Source of the DNA: Opitutia bacterium
GTDB lineage: Bacteria > Verrucomicrobiota > Verrucomicrobiia > Opitutales > Opitutaceae
NCBI GenBank assembly: GCA_947458705.1
Contig: CANHAH010000001.1
Location: 2,151 to 66,150 of the forward strand
Direction: 5' to 3'
Length of the DNA: 64,000 nt
Shown one piece after another: positions 9,205 through 20,100 of this stretch (within the stretch, counting starts at the first letter, position 1; every line of letters starts with the position of its first letter). The translations under genes and the position numbers were made by a program. Below the pieces are notes generated by a model. It was given only the letters and a program-made list of their open reading frames with translations. It was not told where the DNA came from and did not search any database.

Positions 9205-9741
9205 TTAAAGCGCCCAACTGCGATCGCCGGGCGTCAGTTTCACCGAACCGCAAAACGCGCCGGGAATCGGATCGTACCGCAACGCCTGCGTCGCGCCGGT
9301 TTCCGCGGTGAAATAGCCGAGCACGGTGAGTTCTTTGATGTGACGAAACGGATGCGGCGCAGCGACGGACTGGGCTTCGTACTCGGTCAACACGCGCTCG
9401 CGTTGTGCCACGTCGAGAGCGGGAAAATTTTTTCCGAAACGTTGTTGGCTCGACGCGGTGATATCGCTCAAGCCGCGACGCAACGTCGCCCGAGCTTCGG
9501 GCGGAAAACAATCGTTGGTTTGCGTAAAAATAAAACGTCCGATCGCGACCGCACCCGCGCCGGGCGAGGTGGCCGTTGAGGGAATGAGGGTATCGCCAAT
9601 GAGCGTGAGCAGCGTTTCTTCGGCGGCATCCCAGCCGGTTGGAGCAGCGAGCGCGGCCCACGTGCGCGAGGGCAAACTAGCCCAAAGCGCAGCGGCTCCG
9701 GCGACGAGCGCAGTGTGGCGCAGGGCTTCCCGGCGGTTCAT
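9205..9741 (-). CDS. Gluconate 2-dehydrogenase subunit 3 family protein (Tat-signal small subunit of a GMC flavoprotein dehydrogenase)
   Basis: MNRREALRHTALVAGAAAL is a twin-arginine signal. About 178 aa. ATGA overlap with the upstream GMC gene. Confidence 0.75.
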   Translation of the reverse strand: MNRREALRHTALVAGAAALWASLPSRTWAALAAPTGWDAAEETLLTLIGDTLIPSTATSPGAGAVAIGRFIFTQTNDCFPPEARATLRRGLSDITASSQQRFGKNFPALDVAQRERVLTEYEAQSVAAPHPFRHIKELTVLGYFTAETGATQALRYDPIPGAFCGSVKLTPGDRSWAL

Positions 9742-11453
9742 AGATTTCCTTTCTTCAACTCAGCCACGGCGTGTTGCGCGGCGCGGGCGGTGAGCGCCAT
9801 AAACGTCAGCGAAGGGTTTTGCGTGCCAGTCGAAGTCATGCAGGCGCCGTCGGTGACAAAAACGTTCGAGCAGGCGTGGAGCTGATTCCAGCGATTGAGT
9901 AACGAGGCCTTAGAATCGCGACCCATGCGCACGCCACCCATCTCGTGGATGTCGAGACCGGGGTTTTGTTTGGAATCACGCGTCACGATTTTTTTTGCGC
10001 CGACGGCTTCAAGCATCTCTTGGCCGCGAGCGAAAAAATCCTTGAGGAGCCGTTCGTCATTGTCGTGGTAGCCGATCGAGGTGACGAGTTGCGGAATACC
10101 CCAGACGTCTTTTTGCGCGGTGGATAGGCGGACGTGGTTTTCTTTCCGCGGCACGGTTTCGCCCTGCATCATCATGGAAATACCCCACGGGCCGGGGCGC
10201 GTGATGCGTTCCTTGAAGGCGGCGCCGACGCCAGGCGTGCTGGCGCCGCTCTGCCAGCCGGCGCGTCCCGCGCCGAAAAATACCATGTAGCCGCGCTGAA
10301 AATCAGTTTCCTGTTTCCGCACGTTGCGGAAATTCGGCATCATGAGCTGGGTCGGACGCCGGCCTGAATAATAAGAATCTTCAAAGCCTTCGATGGAACC
10401 CGAGAGGCTACCGCGATAATTGTGAAACGCGATGTGATGCCCGAGTAGTCCGTGATCGTTGCCGAGGCCCGCGGGAAAACGCGCGGAGCGTGAATTAAGT
10501 AAAATGAGGTTGGTGTTGAGGCAGGCGGCGTTGACGAAGACGATGCGGGCGAAAAACTCCGTGCTCTGTTTCGTCACCGCGTCGATCACGCGCACGCCGC
10601 TCGCTCGGCCGGTGGCGTCATCGTAGAGAATGGATTCAACGACCGAGTGCGGACGTAGCGTGAGATTGCCCGTCGTCGCGGCGGCGGGGAGCGTGGCGGA
10701 GTTGGAACTGAAATACGCGCCAAACGGGCAACCGCGGTAGCAAAGATTGCGCGCCTGACATTTACCGCGGCCTTGCGCGAGGTGTTGGGGTTTTGGCGCC
10801 GTGAGATGCGCACAGCGACCTTGGATCACGTGCCGGTCGGCAAACGCGCCCATGATTTTGGCCTGCGCGTGTTTTTCGACGTCGTTCATTTCCCACGCGG
10901 GGAGAAATTCACCATCGGGCAACGTTTCGAGGCCGTCGTAATTCCCACTGATGCCGGCGAAGCGTTCGACGTGCGAATACCACGGGGCGAGTTCGTCGTA
11001 GGAGATAGGCCACTCGCCGAAGCCGTCGCGTGCTGGGCCTTCAAAATCAAAACGGCTCCAGCGCTGCGTTTGTCGGGCCCAGATAAGGGATTTGCCGCCA
11101 ACTTGGTAGCCGCGGATCCAGTCGTAGGGTTTTTCCTGTTCGTAGGGGTGTTCGGCGTCTTTGACGAAGAAATGTGAGGTCGCCTCGTCGAAAGCGTAGC
11201 ATTTTTTCGCGATGGGATTGGCTGTGACGATGTCGCGAGGTAACTTACCGCGATGCGGCAGATCCCACGGGTTTTTTAACGCCGTGGGATAATCGTCGCG
11301 GTGCTTTACGTCGCGACCGCGCTCGAGGACGAGTGTGCGCAGACCGCTTTCGCAGAGTTCCTTTGCCGCCCAACCGCCGCTGATACCGGAGCCGATGACG
11401 ATAGCGTCAAATGTGTGCTCGCGGGCGCCGGGGGAAGTCGGGGAATTCGCCAT
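9738..11453 (-). CDS. GMC family FAD-dependent oxidoreductase (glucoside 3-dehydrogenase-like large subunit)
   Basis: DAIVIGSGISGGWAAKEL FAD-binding motif, about 570 aa, paired with a subunit-3 gene. The start is set at the internal Met (MANSP). Confidence 0.85.
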   Translation of the reverse strand: MANSPTSPGAREHTFDAIVIGSGISGGWAAKELCESGLRTLVLERGRDVKHRDDYPTALKNPWDLPHRGKLPRDIVTANPIAKKCYAFDEATSHFFVKDAEHPYEQEKPYDWIRGYQVGGKSLIWARQTQRWSRFDFEGPARDGFGEWPISYDELAPWYSHVERFAGISGNYDGLETLPDGEFLPAWEMNDVEKHAQAKIMGAFADRHVIQGRCAHLTAPKPQHLAQGRGKCQARNLCYRGCPFGAYFSSNSATLPAAATTGNLTLRPHSVVESILYDDATGRASGVRVIDAVTKQSTEFFARIVFVNAACLNTNLILLNSRSARFPAGLGNDHGLLGHHIAFHNYRGSLSGSIEGFEDSYYSGRRPTQLMMPNFRNVRKQETDFQRGYMVFFGAGRAGWQSGASTPGVGAAFKERITRPGPWGISMMMQGETVPRKENHVRLSTAQKDVWGIPQLVTSIGYHDNDERLLKDFFARGQEMLEAVGAKKIVTRDSKQNPGLDIHEMGGVRMGRDSKASLLNRWNQLHACSNVFVTDGACMTSTGTQNPSLTFMALTARAAQHAVAELKKGNL

Positions 11454-11627
11454 TCGACGTGAAGTCGAAGTAACTCGGGGCAAATTATCAAGCAAAGCTC
11501 TATTTTAGACCCCCAACTCGAGTAGCTATGCGCCCACGTGAAAGACGCCATGCGTAGCTTCGTGGTTGAAAACCGCGTTTTTCAGGACCGTTAAAAATCC
11601 CTTGGATGCTTATAACTATCCTTGTCT

Positions 11628-11657
11628 TGACGGAAAAAAATCCTATTTTTCCCGTCA
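11628..11657 (+). promoter_or_regulatory. Inverted repeat TGACGG-N18-CCGTCA immediately upstream of abiEi (candidate autoregulatory operator)
   Basis: Read directly: TGACGGaaaaaaatcctatttttcCCGTCA ends 9 nt before the GTG start at 11666. The operator role is inference. Confidence 0.35.
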
Positions 11658-11665
11658 GAAACTAA

Positions 11666-12289
11666 GTGAAAAATAAATCTCAATCCATTGATATACAAGT
11701 TCGTAGCCAAATTTATGGCCACGGTAGGGGTTGGGTATTTACACCAAAGCATTTTCAAGGAATCGGGAGTGCAGCCGCCATTGAGTCTGCCCTACGCCGC
11801 TTCAAGCAAGCGGGCGTCATTCGCAAGCTTGCCCGGGGTCTTTATGATTATCCGGTGCAGCACCCCGTACTCGGTGCCGTTGCGCCTTCTGCCGACGCCG
11901 TCGCCCGCGCTTTGATGGGGCGCGATGCAATTCGCCTTCAACCCTCCGGGGCCTATGCCGCCAATGTGTTGGGCCTTTCCGAGCAAGTCCCATCCCGGAT
12001 TGTTTTTTTGACCGATGGCCCCTCCCGGAAGGTGAAAATAGGTAAGCAGGAAATTATCCTCAAGCAGACTGTGCCGCGGAACGTGGCTGCGGCTGGGAGA
12101 AAAAGCGGCACACTGATCCAAGCGCTTCGTTATCTTGGACAGGATCAGGTGGACGATAGAATTTGCACTATTCTTCGAAGAAAAATTACCGATGAGGATC
12201 GCGCAGCTATTCGCCGAGATCTTCGTTATGCGCCCGCTTGGATTGCCGATCTTCTGCGTCCCTTCACTGAGTCCGCACTTAAGTCATGA
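11666..12289 (+). CDS. Type IV TA / abortive-infection antitoxin, AbiEi family (DUF6088-like)
   Basis: 207 aa with an N-terminal winged-helix-like region. GTG start. 4-nt ATGA overlap with the AbiEii gene. AT-rich relative to the flanks. Confidence 0.75.
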   Translation: MKNKSQSIDIQVRSQIYGHGRGWVFTPKHFQGIGSAAAIESALRRFKQAGVIRKLARGLYDYPVQHPVLGAVAPSADAVARALMGRDAIRLQPSGAYAANVLGLSEQVPSRIVFLTDGPSRKVKIGKQEIILKQTVPRNVAAAGRKSGTLIQALRYLGQDQVDDRICTILRRKITDEDRAAIRRDLRYAPAWIADLLRPFTESALKS

Positions 12290-13323
12290 ATGCTTTTCTC
12301 AATCTCCCTATTAGCGAACGCCGACTGGCTTTTCAACAGGTTGAATCACAGATGGGCTTGCAGGCTTTCAGCGTGGAGAAAGATTTTTGGGTTTGTTGGG
12401 CACTAAGGGAGCTTTTCACAATGCCCGGCATCGGTGACCACCTCACGTTTAAGGGAGGAACATCGCTTTCGAAGGCATGGAAGCTGATCCAACGCTTCTC
12501 AGAGGACATCGACATCATCGTGGATAAAGAGGTGCTCGGATTTGGCGGCGATGCCTCACCGGATAAAGCTCCGAGCAACAAAAAGCGGAGAGATCGTTTG
12601 CAAAAGCTTATGGAGGCTTCTCGCAATTGGGTGCAGGGCACTTTGCAGCCCGCCCTCAATTTACGTTTACAATCCCTTTTCGGAGAAGCGGGCTGGCGAC
12701 TCGAGGTCGATCCAGACATGCTGGACGGACAGTGTCTGCTATTCCACTATCCGTCCGTTTTTTCCTCCGAAATGGCCGGCTATGTGCGTCCGATTGTTAA
12801 GATCGAATTGGGGGCGCGTTCTGATGACTGGCCTCATGAAACAAAAGTCCTACAGCCCTACGTTATCGAGTTTTTCCCGACTTTCGATGCACACGCCGTC
12901 TTCTCGGTTCGGGTCCTTGCGGCTGAACGCACCTTCTGGGAGAAGGCCTGTCTGCTGCATGAGGAAACATTTCGCCCCGCCGGCAAGCCGCGCAAGATTC
13001 GTATGGCTCGGCATTATTATGATATTTGGTGCCTGCTGCGAGCTGGAGTAGGTGATCGCGCAATCGGGAATATAGCCTTATTCCAACGGGTCGCCGAGCA
13101 TCGCGAGATATTCTTCGGTTTGTCTTGGGTGGATTATTCGACCCATAAACCTGGTTCATTCCGTCTCGTTCCATCCAAGGCCCACCTTGCTAATTGGCAA
13201 AGTGACTACGAGGAAATGATAGGGCCGATGTTCTTTGGTGATGTGCCGCAATTTGCCGAGATACTGGAACTCGCTGGTCAGTTTGAGAGGCGTTTCAACC
13301 AGCTGCGAATTGCACCTCTATAA
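12286..13323 (+). CDS. Nucleotidyltransferase toxin, AbiEii/AbiGii family
   Basis: FKGGTSLSKAWKLIQRFSEDIDI matches the hG[GS]x9-13DxD pol-beta nucleotidyltransferase motif typical of AbiEii. Confidence 0.85.
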   Translation: MNAFLNLPISERRLAFQQVESQMGLQAFSVEKDFWVCWALRELFTMPGIGDHLTFKGGTSLSKAWKLIQRFSEDIDIIVDKEVLGFGGDASPDKAPSNKKRRDRLQKLMEASRNWVQGTLQPALNLRLQSLFGEAGWRLEVDPDMLDGQCLLFHYPSVFSSEMAGYVRPIVKIELGARSDDWPHETKVLQPYVIEFFPTFDAHAVFSVRVLAAERTFWEKACLLHEETFRPAGKPRKIRMARHYYDIWCLLRAGVGDRAIGNIALFQRVAEHREIFFGLSWVDYSTHKPGSFRLVPSKAHLANWQSDYEEMIGPMFFGDVPQFAEILELAGQFERRFNQLRIAPL

Positions 13324-13606
13324 TTCAATGGGCGATTTCGATTTGGGGTCCTGCTGTAATTATATTAAGGATTTTTGTGATCGGTTCTGCTTTCTGGACA
13401 TTTTGAAAATTTGATGGGTGTCGCGTGGGTTGCGCCATCTAGACAGCGCCCCGCCCGCGATCTCACCCTAGGTGCTTAGGACAAATACGATGAAGTGGCT
13501 CCATCGCCGCGAAAGTGGGCGATGGGTATAAAAACGCTGCAAATCGTGGGAGCTAAAATCGGATAAAAATGCGAAACCTAGCGACCAAACTCAGGCTGAA
13601 AACAAC

Positions 13607-16306
13607 TTACTTTGCTTTCGCGAACATCGGATCGTTCGGGTTCCCGCCGGAGAGGAGGTAAGCGACGAGATCTTTGAGTTCGTCGGGGTTAAGCGCGTTA
13701 GCAAGGCCGGCGGGCATCATCGAAATCGGATACGGTTTACGCGAACGCACTTTTGCGATTTCGGGACGAGCCAGTTCGTCGGGGGCAAAAGGATTAGTCA
13801 TGACGGAATAGCGGTTGCTATCTTCGGCGACGACACGGCCGATGATCACTTCGCCGTCGGCCATGGTGAGTTGTTCGGTGCCGTATTGGTCGCTGATGAC
13901 CTTGGAAGGCTCGATGATGTTTTCGAGAAGATCTTTAACGCTGTAACGGTTGCCCGCGCCGGAGATGTCGGGACCGATGCCGGCGCCCTCACCGTTGAAA
14001 CGATGACAGAAAATGCACGCGGTGGCGGAGAACATGGCTTTGCCTTGAGCGAAGTCACGGCCGGTGAGTTTGGCAGGGAATAGCGCGGCGGCGCTTTCTA
14101 CGGTGTAGGTTTGGCCCGGCCCTTTGGGGCTGACGGCGCCTGCGACAATTGAGTGAACCGGAACTTTGGAGAGATCGTCGAATTTTTGGCGTTCGAGCGG
14201 GTCGGGGATTTTCGCGAGAGACTCGTTGCGAATGTTGCGCAGGAAGCCGGTGAAGCTGGCGCCGCCTTTCCATTCGGACGTGCGTGGAAACCAAGCAAAA
14301 AACTGCGTGCGCAGTTCGGGCGTCCAGCCAACCGTAGCGTGACGCAGAGCGTAGGCGTAAGCGATTTGTTGGCGATCGGAGCGGGCGTCGGTAACGTTTT
14401 GCACCGTGCGACCATAACCGTCGTTGCGGGCGAGAAGCGCGCGGCTAGCGATTTCTTCTGGGGCCGTACCGGGATTTTCAGCGATGCTAAGCAGGGGAAC
14501 GATCTTGGCGACAACCGTCGGGGAATCGAGAAAGATGAGGAGTGAAGCGAGTTCACGATTCACGAGCGAGTCGGTCGCAGGGAACAACGGATCGAGCAAC
14601 GCCGCGACGCGGGCGCACGTGGCGGCGTCGGGTTTTCCCATGCGGGTAAACGTGAGTTGCCAGGCGCGGAGCAGCGGGAGGCGAATCTCAGCGGGTTGTT
14701 GTGTGTAATCGAGCCGGGTGAGCGCGTCGATGATCTGCGGTTGGAAATGTTTCTCGCCGACGCGCGCGAGCGCGATGAGCGCTTCAATAGCAGCCTGCGG
14801 ATTTTTTTCTTTGAGGGCGCGTTCCGTCCAGTTGGCGGGAAGTTGACGCTCAATGGCGGCGCGAGCAGCGAAACGGATGAAGCGGTCGGGGCTTGCGAGG
14901 TGCGGCCACGCGATCGCGATGGCTTCGGGGCCGGTGCCTTCAGCGTGAAGGGCTTCTAGGCGGCGGCGGAGTTGAGCCTGGGGCGTGGGCGGAAGCGCCG
15001 CGACGGGCGCGGTGTTTTCCGTGCCGGTATAAGTAACGCGATAGAGCGCGGATTGAGTGCGACGACCACCAACGGCGAAATACATCGAACCGTCGCCGGG
15101 ATGAATCACCAGGTCGGTGAGTGGAAGCGGTTTGCCGGCGACGAATTCTTCTTTTTCTGCGGTGAACGAAGCGCCGTCAGCCTTGAGGTGCATCGCGTAG
15201 AGCGTGCCATAGGTCCAATCGGCGGCGAAGAAGGCGCGTTGGTATTTAGCGGGGAATTTAGCCCCCGTGCCGAAAACGGTGCCCGTGGGTGAACCCGGGC
15301 CGACATCGATGACCGCGGGTAAACTGTCGGCGTAGTAGGCGGGCCAACGACCCGCGCCGCTACGCCAGCCGTAATCACCGGCGTCGACGACGTGGTTGAT
15401 CCGTGTGGGAATGTACCAGGGTGAACCTTGATCCCATTCCATATCGGAATCGTAGGTGAAGAGTTCGCCGTTCTGGTCGAAGGCGATATCGAACTGATTA
15501 CGGAAACCGAGGGCGAAGAGCTCGACGGTTTTGCCCTCAGGGTCCATGCGGCCGACGTATCCGCCGGGGGCGTATTTACCTTTGGCGTGACCGCGGGCAT
15601 CCCACATGCGCGGCAGGAGATGGTCTTCATCCCAGCGGACGGGGCGGGATTTGTTTAAGTTGGTGGGTAGATCGGTGTGGTTACCGTTGACGAAGTAGAT
15701 CGATTTGCCGTCGGGCGTAAGCGTGAGAGAATGCGGCCCGTGTTCGCCGCCGAGGCTCTTCATCTCGCGCAGGAATTTAACTTCGTCGAACTGGTCGTCG
15801 CCGTCGGTGTCACGCATGCGCCAAATACCGCGGCGATTGGGAACCTCATCGACCATGACGTAGAGGCTGTCGAAAGCGTAGAGCAGACCGTGTGCACCGA
15901 TGGAGGGCGGCAGGCCATTGGCGCCTTTGCCTTTTTTCGGTGGTGGCGGGAGCGGTTCGGAGTCGGCGCCAAGGACCGCCTCAGGTAAGGTGATGGCGAG
16001 TTTCTCGACCTTGGTGCCCTCGGTGCTGCCAAGTGGGGGCAAAGTAAGCCGGTAGATCGCGCCGTATTGGTCGCCGGCATAAATGCGTCCTTTAGGGTCA
16101 ACCGTGAGCGCGACCCACGAGCCCTGATCTTCTTTGGGTACGGTGTAGATCAACTCGACCTTGAAGCCGGGGGCAACTTGAAGATCCGCGGGCGCGGAGA
16201 CGACCTCAGCGGGCGAAGTTTTTTTGGCGGCGGGCTTAGCGGTCTGCGCGTAAAGACCGGGAAGAATCAAGAGGAGGGCGACGACAGCGAGAGGGCGACG
16301 GGGCAT
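13607..16306 (-). CDS. PVC-type haem-binding CxxCH protein: beta-propeller (membrane-bound-dehydrogenase-like) + HEAT repeats + C-terminal cytochrome c
   Basis: Signal peptide MPRRPLAVVALLLILPGLYA. DTDGDDQFDE-type propeller loops. CIFCH haem motif at nt 14003-14017. C-terminal MMPAGL contains the likely axial Met. Confidence 0.85.
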   Translation of the reverse strand: MPRRPLAVVALLLILPGLYAQTAKPAAKKTSPAEVVSAPADLQVAPGFKVELIYTVPKEDQGSWVALTVDPKGRIYAGDQYGAIYRLTLPPLGSTEGTKVEKLAITLPEAVLGADSEPLPPPPKKGKGANGLPPSIGAHGLLYAFDSLYVMVDEVPNRRGIWRMRDTDGDDQFDEVKFLREMKSLGGEHGPHSLTLTPDGKSIYFVNGNHTDLPTNLNKSRPVRWDEDHLLPRMWDARGHAKGKYAPGGYVGRMDPEGKTVELFALGFRNQFDIAFDQNGELFTYDSDMEWDQGSPWYIPTRINHVVDAGDYGWRSGAGRWPAYYADSLPAVIDVGPGSPTGTVFGTGAKFPAKYQRAFFAADWTYGTLYAMHLKADGASFTAEKEEFVAGKPLPLTDLVIHPGDGSMYFAVGGRRTQSALYRVTYTGTENTAPVAALPPTPQAQLRRRLEALHAEGTGPEAIAIAWPHLASPDRFIRFAARAAIERQLPANWTERALKEKNPQAAIEALIALARVGEKHFQPQIIDALTRLDYTQQPAEIRLPLLRAWQLTFTRMGKPDAATCARVAALLDPLFPATDSLVNRELASLLIFLDSPTVVAKIVPLLSIAENPGTAPEEIASRALLARNDGYGRTVQNVTDARSDRQQIAYAYALRHATVGWTPELRTQFFAWFPRTSEWKGGASFTGFLRNIRNESLAKIPDPLERQKFDDLSKVPVHSIVAGAVSPKGPGQTYTVESAAALFPAKLTGRDFAQGKAMFSATACIFCHRFNGEGAGIGPDISGAGNRYSVKDLLENIIEPSKVISDQYGTEQLTMADGEVIIGRVVAEDSNRYSVMTNPFAPDELARPEIAKVRSRKPYPISMMPAGLANALNPDELKDLVAYLLSGGNPNDPMFAKAK

Positions 16307-16376
16307 GGTAAAAATTCCGAGAATCACCGATCTCGGAGGCGGGCTAAGGTGGAGACGAAAAAGGGCCAACGGCTGA

Positions 16377-17135
16377 TTACGGCAGGGTTTTAAGCTGCAC
16401 GTTTTTGAACTCGATGGTCATGGGTTGACCGGCGTGAAGCTGGAGCGCGAGCACGCCCGAGGCGGCGCCAAGGGTGGCATCGGTGTCGGTGACATCAGCC
16501 GTGAGTTTGCCGTTGAGATAATGGCGGAGGTGATTGCCCTCGGCGATGATCACGAGCTCGTTCCAACCGCCGACTTTAAAGGCCGCGAGGATATCGGCCT
16601 TGGGGGTGGCGCCGGGGAGTTTTTCGACATCGGTTTTGGGTTTCTTGGCGCCGGGTTTTTTGGGGTCATCGACTTGGGTCGTGGCGCCGATTTTGATTTT
16701 TTCGCCAGGCGCCATGAGGATGCCACGGCCCTTTTCTTCGTAGAGCATGCCGGCGTAGCCGCCCGTCAGATCGATGTCGGCTTGATAGCCACCGACGACA
16801 AAGCCCGCGGCATCGACCACGCGGCTACGGTACTGAATGCCGGAGTTGCCGAAATTTTTATCATTTTGCGCGGTGAGGCGAAAAGAGGTGCGGAGTTCGA
16901 AGTTGGCGAGTTTACCGGCTTGCCAGATTAGGAAGGTGTTTCCTTTGGTGGGTTTTTCGAGGGTGGTCTGACCGACGATACACCCGTCGTGAACGGACCA
17001 AAGGGCCTTGTTGCCATCCCAGCCGGTGAGGTCCTGGCCGTTGAAGATCGATTTGAAGCCGGCATCCGAGGCGAGGGCGAACGGAGCGAGGGCGATAAAC
17101 GCGAGTGGAGCGAGGCGAGAGCGGAGGGATTTCAT
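16377..17135 (-). CDS. DUF1080 (3-keto-disaccharide hydrolase family) secreted protein
   Basis: Signal peptide followed by FKSIFNGQDLTGWDG, characteristic of DUF1080 lectin-fold proteins. ATGA overlap with the upstream giant gene. Confidence 0.85.
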   Translation of the reverse strand: MKSLRSRLAPLAFIALAPFALASDAGFKSIFNGQDLTGWDGNKALWSVHDGCIVGQTTLEKPTKGNTFLIWQAGKLANFELRTSFRLTAQNDKNFGNSGIQYRSRVVDAAGFVVGGYQADIDLTGGYAGMLYEEKGRGILMAPGEKIKIGATTQVDDPKKPGAKKPKTDVEKLPGATPKADILAAFKVGGWNELVIIAEGNHLRHYLNGKLTADVTDTDATLGAASGVLALQLHAGQPMTIEFKNVQLKTLP

Positions 17136-20100
17136 GGGATGCGGTTGAGGATGACGGAGGTGGCGGCGAGAGGTTTCGTGAGACGAGGATCGCAGAGTTC
17201 GAGCTGAGTGACGGCTGGACGCGCAGCGGGGGCGGCAGCGGGATTGGCCTTGAGGTAAGCGTCGACGTCTTTGGTGACGACGATCTGACCGTACATCAGC
17301 GCCCAGTGGCCGGAGAAGGTGCAGATGAATTCATAAACCCCCTCAGTGCGGGGAGCGGTGATTTTGAGTGTCTCGGCCTGGCCGGCCTCAAGCATCTTGG
17401 TGGCCGCGATGATTTCTTTGTCTTCGCCCACGTAAGCGCGGCCTGAGCGATCGGTATGGCCAGCGGGAAGTTCCATCGCCGCCAAGCCGACTTTCTGACG
17501 GGCGCCGGGTTGCACGACGACAACGTTGTGCGGCATGACGTCGGCATTTTCGAAGATAAGCTCAAAGGCTTTACCGGCTTGAACAACGATGCGCTGGGTG
17601 TCGTAACGCATTTCCTCGGCCACGGTGCGAACGACGTAAACGGCGACGCGCAAGCTAGCGAGCGTGTCGCGCAGGGGTTCGGCCTCGGCGTTGGGCAACG
17701 CATCCACAAGCTGGCTAGCAACACCGATGGTCTCGATGTAATCGCGACCGGTGCGCTCGCTAGGATGAGCTTTGGAGGCCCAAGCAATGAGGTCGCGCGC
17801 CACAGTGGAAACCGCGGCGGCTGGCCAGGTATCGCGCGGGAGCGCGCGAAGGCTTTGGGCCGCGGTCGGAATTTGATAACCGCGGGCGATCATGCCGCCG
17901 ATGGCGGTGAAGACGGCGGCGGGTTCGCGACGCGTGCTGACCGCGGAACGAATCGCATCACGTTGAATCGCCATCACGGTACCGTCGGGACCGGGGATAT
18001 CGGTGATGCTCGCGGCGAGAAGTGGCATCACTAGATCGTAAGCGGTGGCGCGCAAGTTGGCATCGGGAATGAGAGGAATGCCGGCCAGAAAGCTGGCTTG
18101 AGAAAGCGGGGATTTGAGCGCCTCGGACCACAGTGCGGTGAGTGAGCCATCGATAACCGAGAGTGCGGCCCAGGCATAGATGCGGCTTTCGGCGACGTTA
18201 TTAAGTGCTAGTTTTAACAGCGCGGCGCGTTGCACGCGGAGATCTTCGACGGGTTGCGCGAGCAGAAGACGACCCACGGCTTTGACGTCGACCTCGGCGG
18301 GCGAGTCGATGGTGGCGAGGAGCAGTGAGAGGCGCGTGGTGCGACGAGCTTCGGCGAGGGCAACGAGCGACTCAGCGCGGGCGGCGTCAGGCACCCCTTT
18401 ACGGCTAAGGATCGCTTCGTGCACGTCAGGCGAACGCGGCATTTTGAGCAGGTCGGGAACTTTGAGCGTGCGCAGGAGGTAACGCACCGCGGCCGGATCG
18501 CCGCCGGCAATCGAAGAGCCATCGCCGATACTCTTAGCCCAGAACGGGCGAAGTTGGCGGAGGGTTTCACCGATGACGTAATCGAGGTAATATTCGATGG
18601 GGAGCTTGGTCGCGGCGAGGGCGACCTCAGCGGCGGCCGCTTCAGGGAAAAAGCTGGCAGCGCGCACGGCGTGCAGACGCACGCGGGCGTTTTCATCGGA
18701 GGCTTTGAGACGGAGCAGTGAAAGCGCCTCGGGCACGCGATCGCGCCAATATGCGATTACGCGGGTGGCGGCGGCGCGGGCATCAGCGTTCGGGGAATTA
18801 AGCACGCGCGCGAGCAGATCGAGATCAACGACGTTGTGCCACTGGTGCAGCCAGAGGGCTTCCGTAAGGTTGTGTTGATAATCGGGGCTCTGCGCGTCGA
18901 GCGCCGCAATCCAAGTTTTAGTGGCGGCGATAACCTTTGCGGTGTCGTGTTTGCCGAGCTCTATTTTGGCGAGGTTACGGATCTGGTTTTCGGGACGCTT
19001 GAGCAATTCAAGCAGCGCGGGAATCGGTTCGCCGTCGATTTTGGGCGCGACCGCGAGCGGACGTCCCTCGTAGGTGACGCGATAGATGCGGCCGTGGACG
19101 TGATCGCGATTGGAATCGCGGAGGTGGCTTTGGAGGTGGCCAATAAGGGGATTGTGCCAGTCGATGATGTAGATGGCGCCGTCCGGTCCGACGGAGGTGT
19201 CGATGGGGCGGAAGTTCTTATCGGTCGAAGACAGCAGATCGCTCTGGCGGATGCCTTTGATCCCGGCACCGTCGTCCTCGAGTTTTACCCGGAAGATACC
19301 TTGGAAGCCGATGACGTTGGGATTAAGATAATTCCCCCAATATTCTTCGGGAAAGTGAGTGCTCGTGATGATCGTGCTGCCAGCGGAGGGACGCGAGGGG
19401 CGTTCCCAGATCTGTTTTAGTTTCGGGTGTTTCTCTGGGTAATCGATGCGGCCACTGAAAGCGGCGCCGAAGTAGGTGTTGTTGCCGGTGGCATCCGTGA
19501 TGATGTCGTTGCCCCAGTAATCGAAGGCGCGACCATGCGGATTCGCGAAGCCGTAGGCGGCGTAAGTCTCGAATTTGCCGGTGTTGGGTTCGAAGCGGTA
19601 AATGGCGCCGTCGATATTGCGCACGGGGCCGACCGCGGTCTCGACTTGGGAGCGATGGAACACGCCGTCGCTGAGCAAAATCGCCCCGCCGGGTTCATAA
19701 ACGAGAGAATTGGCGGTGTGGTGGGAGTCGGCAGAATCCAGACCCATGAGCACACGTTCTTTAGTATCGGCCTTACCGTCGCCGTCGGTGTCGCGAACAA
19801 ACCACAGGCTCGGGGCCTGCATGACAAGGAGCCCGTCTTTGTAGAACTGAAAGCCGGTGGGGCAGTTTAGATTGTCGAGAAAGTGCGTGCACTTGTCGGC
19901 TTTGCCGTCGTGGTCGGTGTCTTCGAAAATGAGGATGCTATCGCCAAGCTTGGAGGTGGGCGTGCGCTCGGGATAATTTGGCCAGACGGAGACCCAGAGA
20001 CGGCCCTTGGTGTCCCAGGCCATCTGGACGGCTTTGGCGAGTTCGGGGAATTCTTTTTCGCTAGCGAAGACATTCACCTTCAAGCCGGGGGCGAGGGTCA

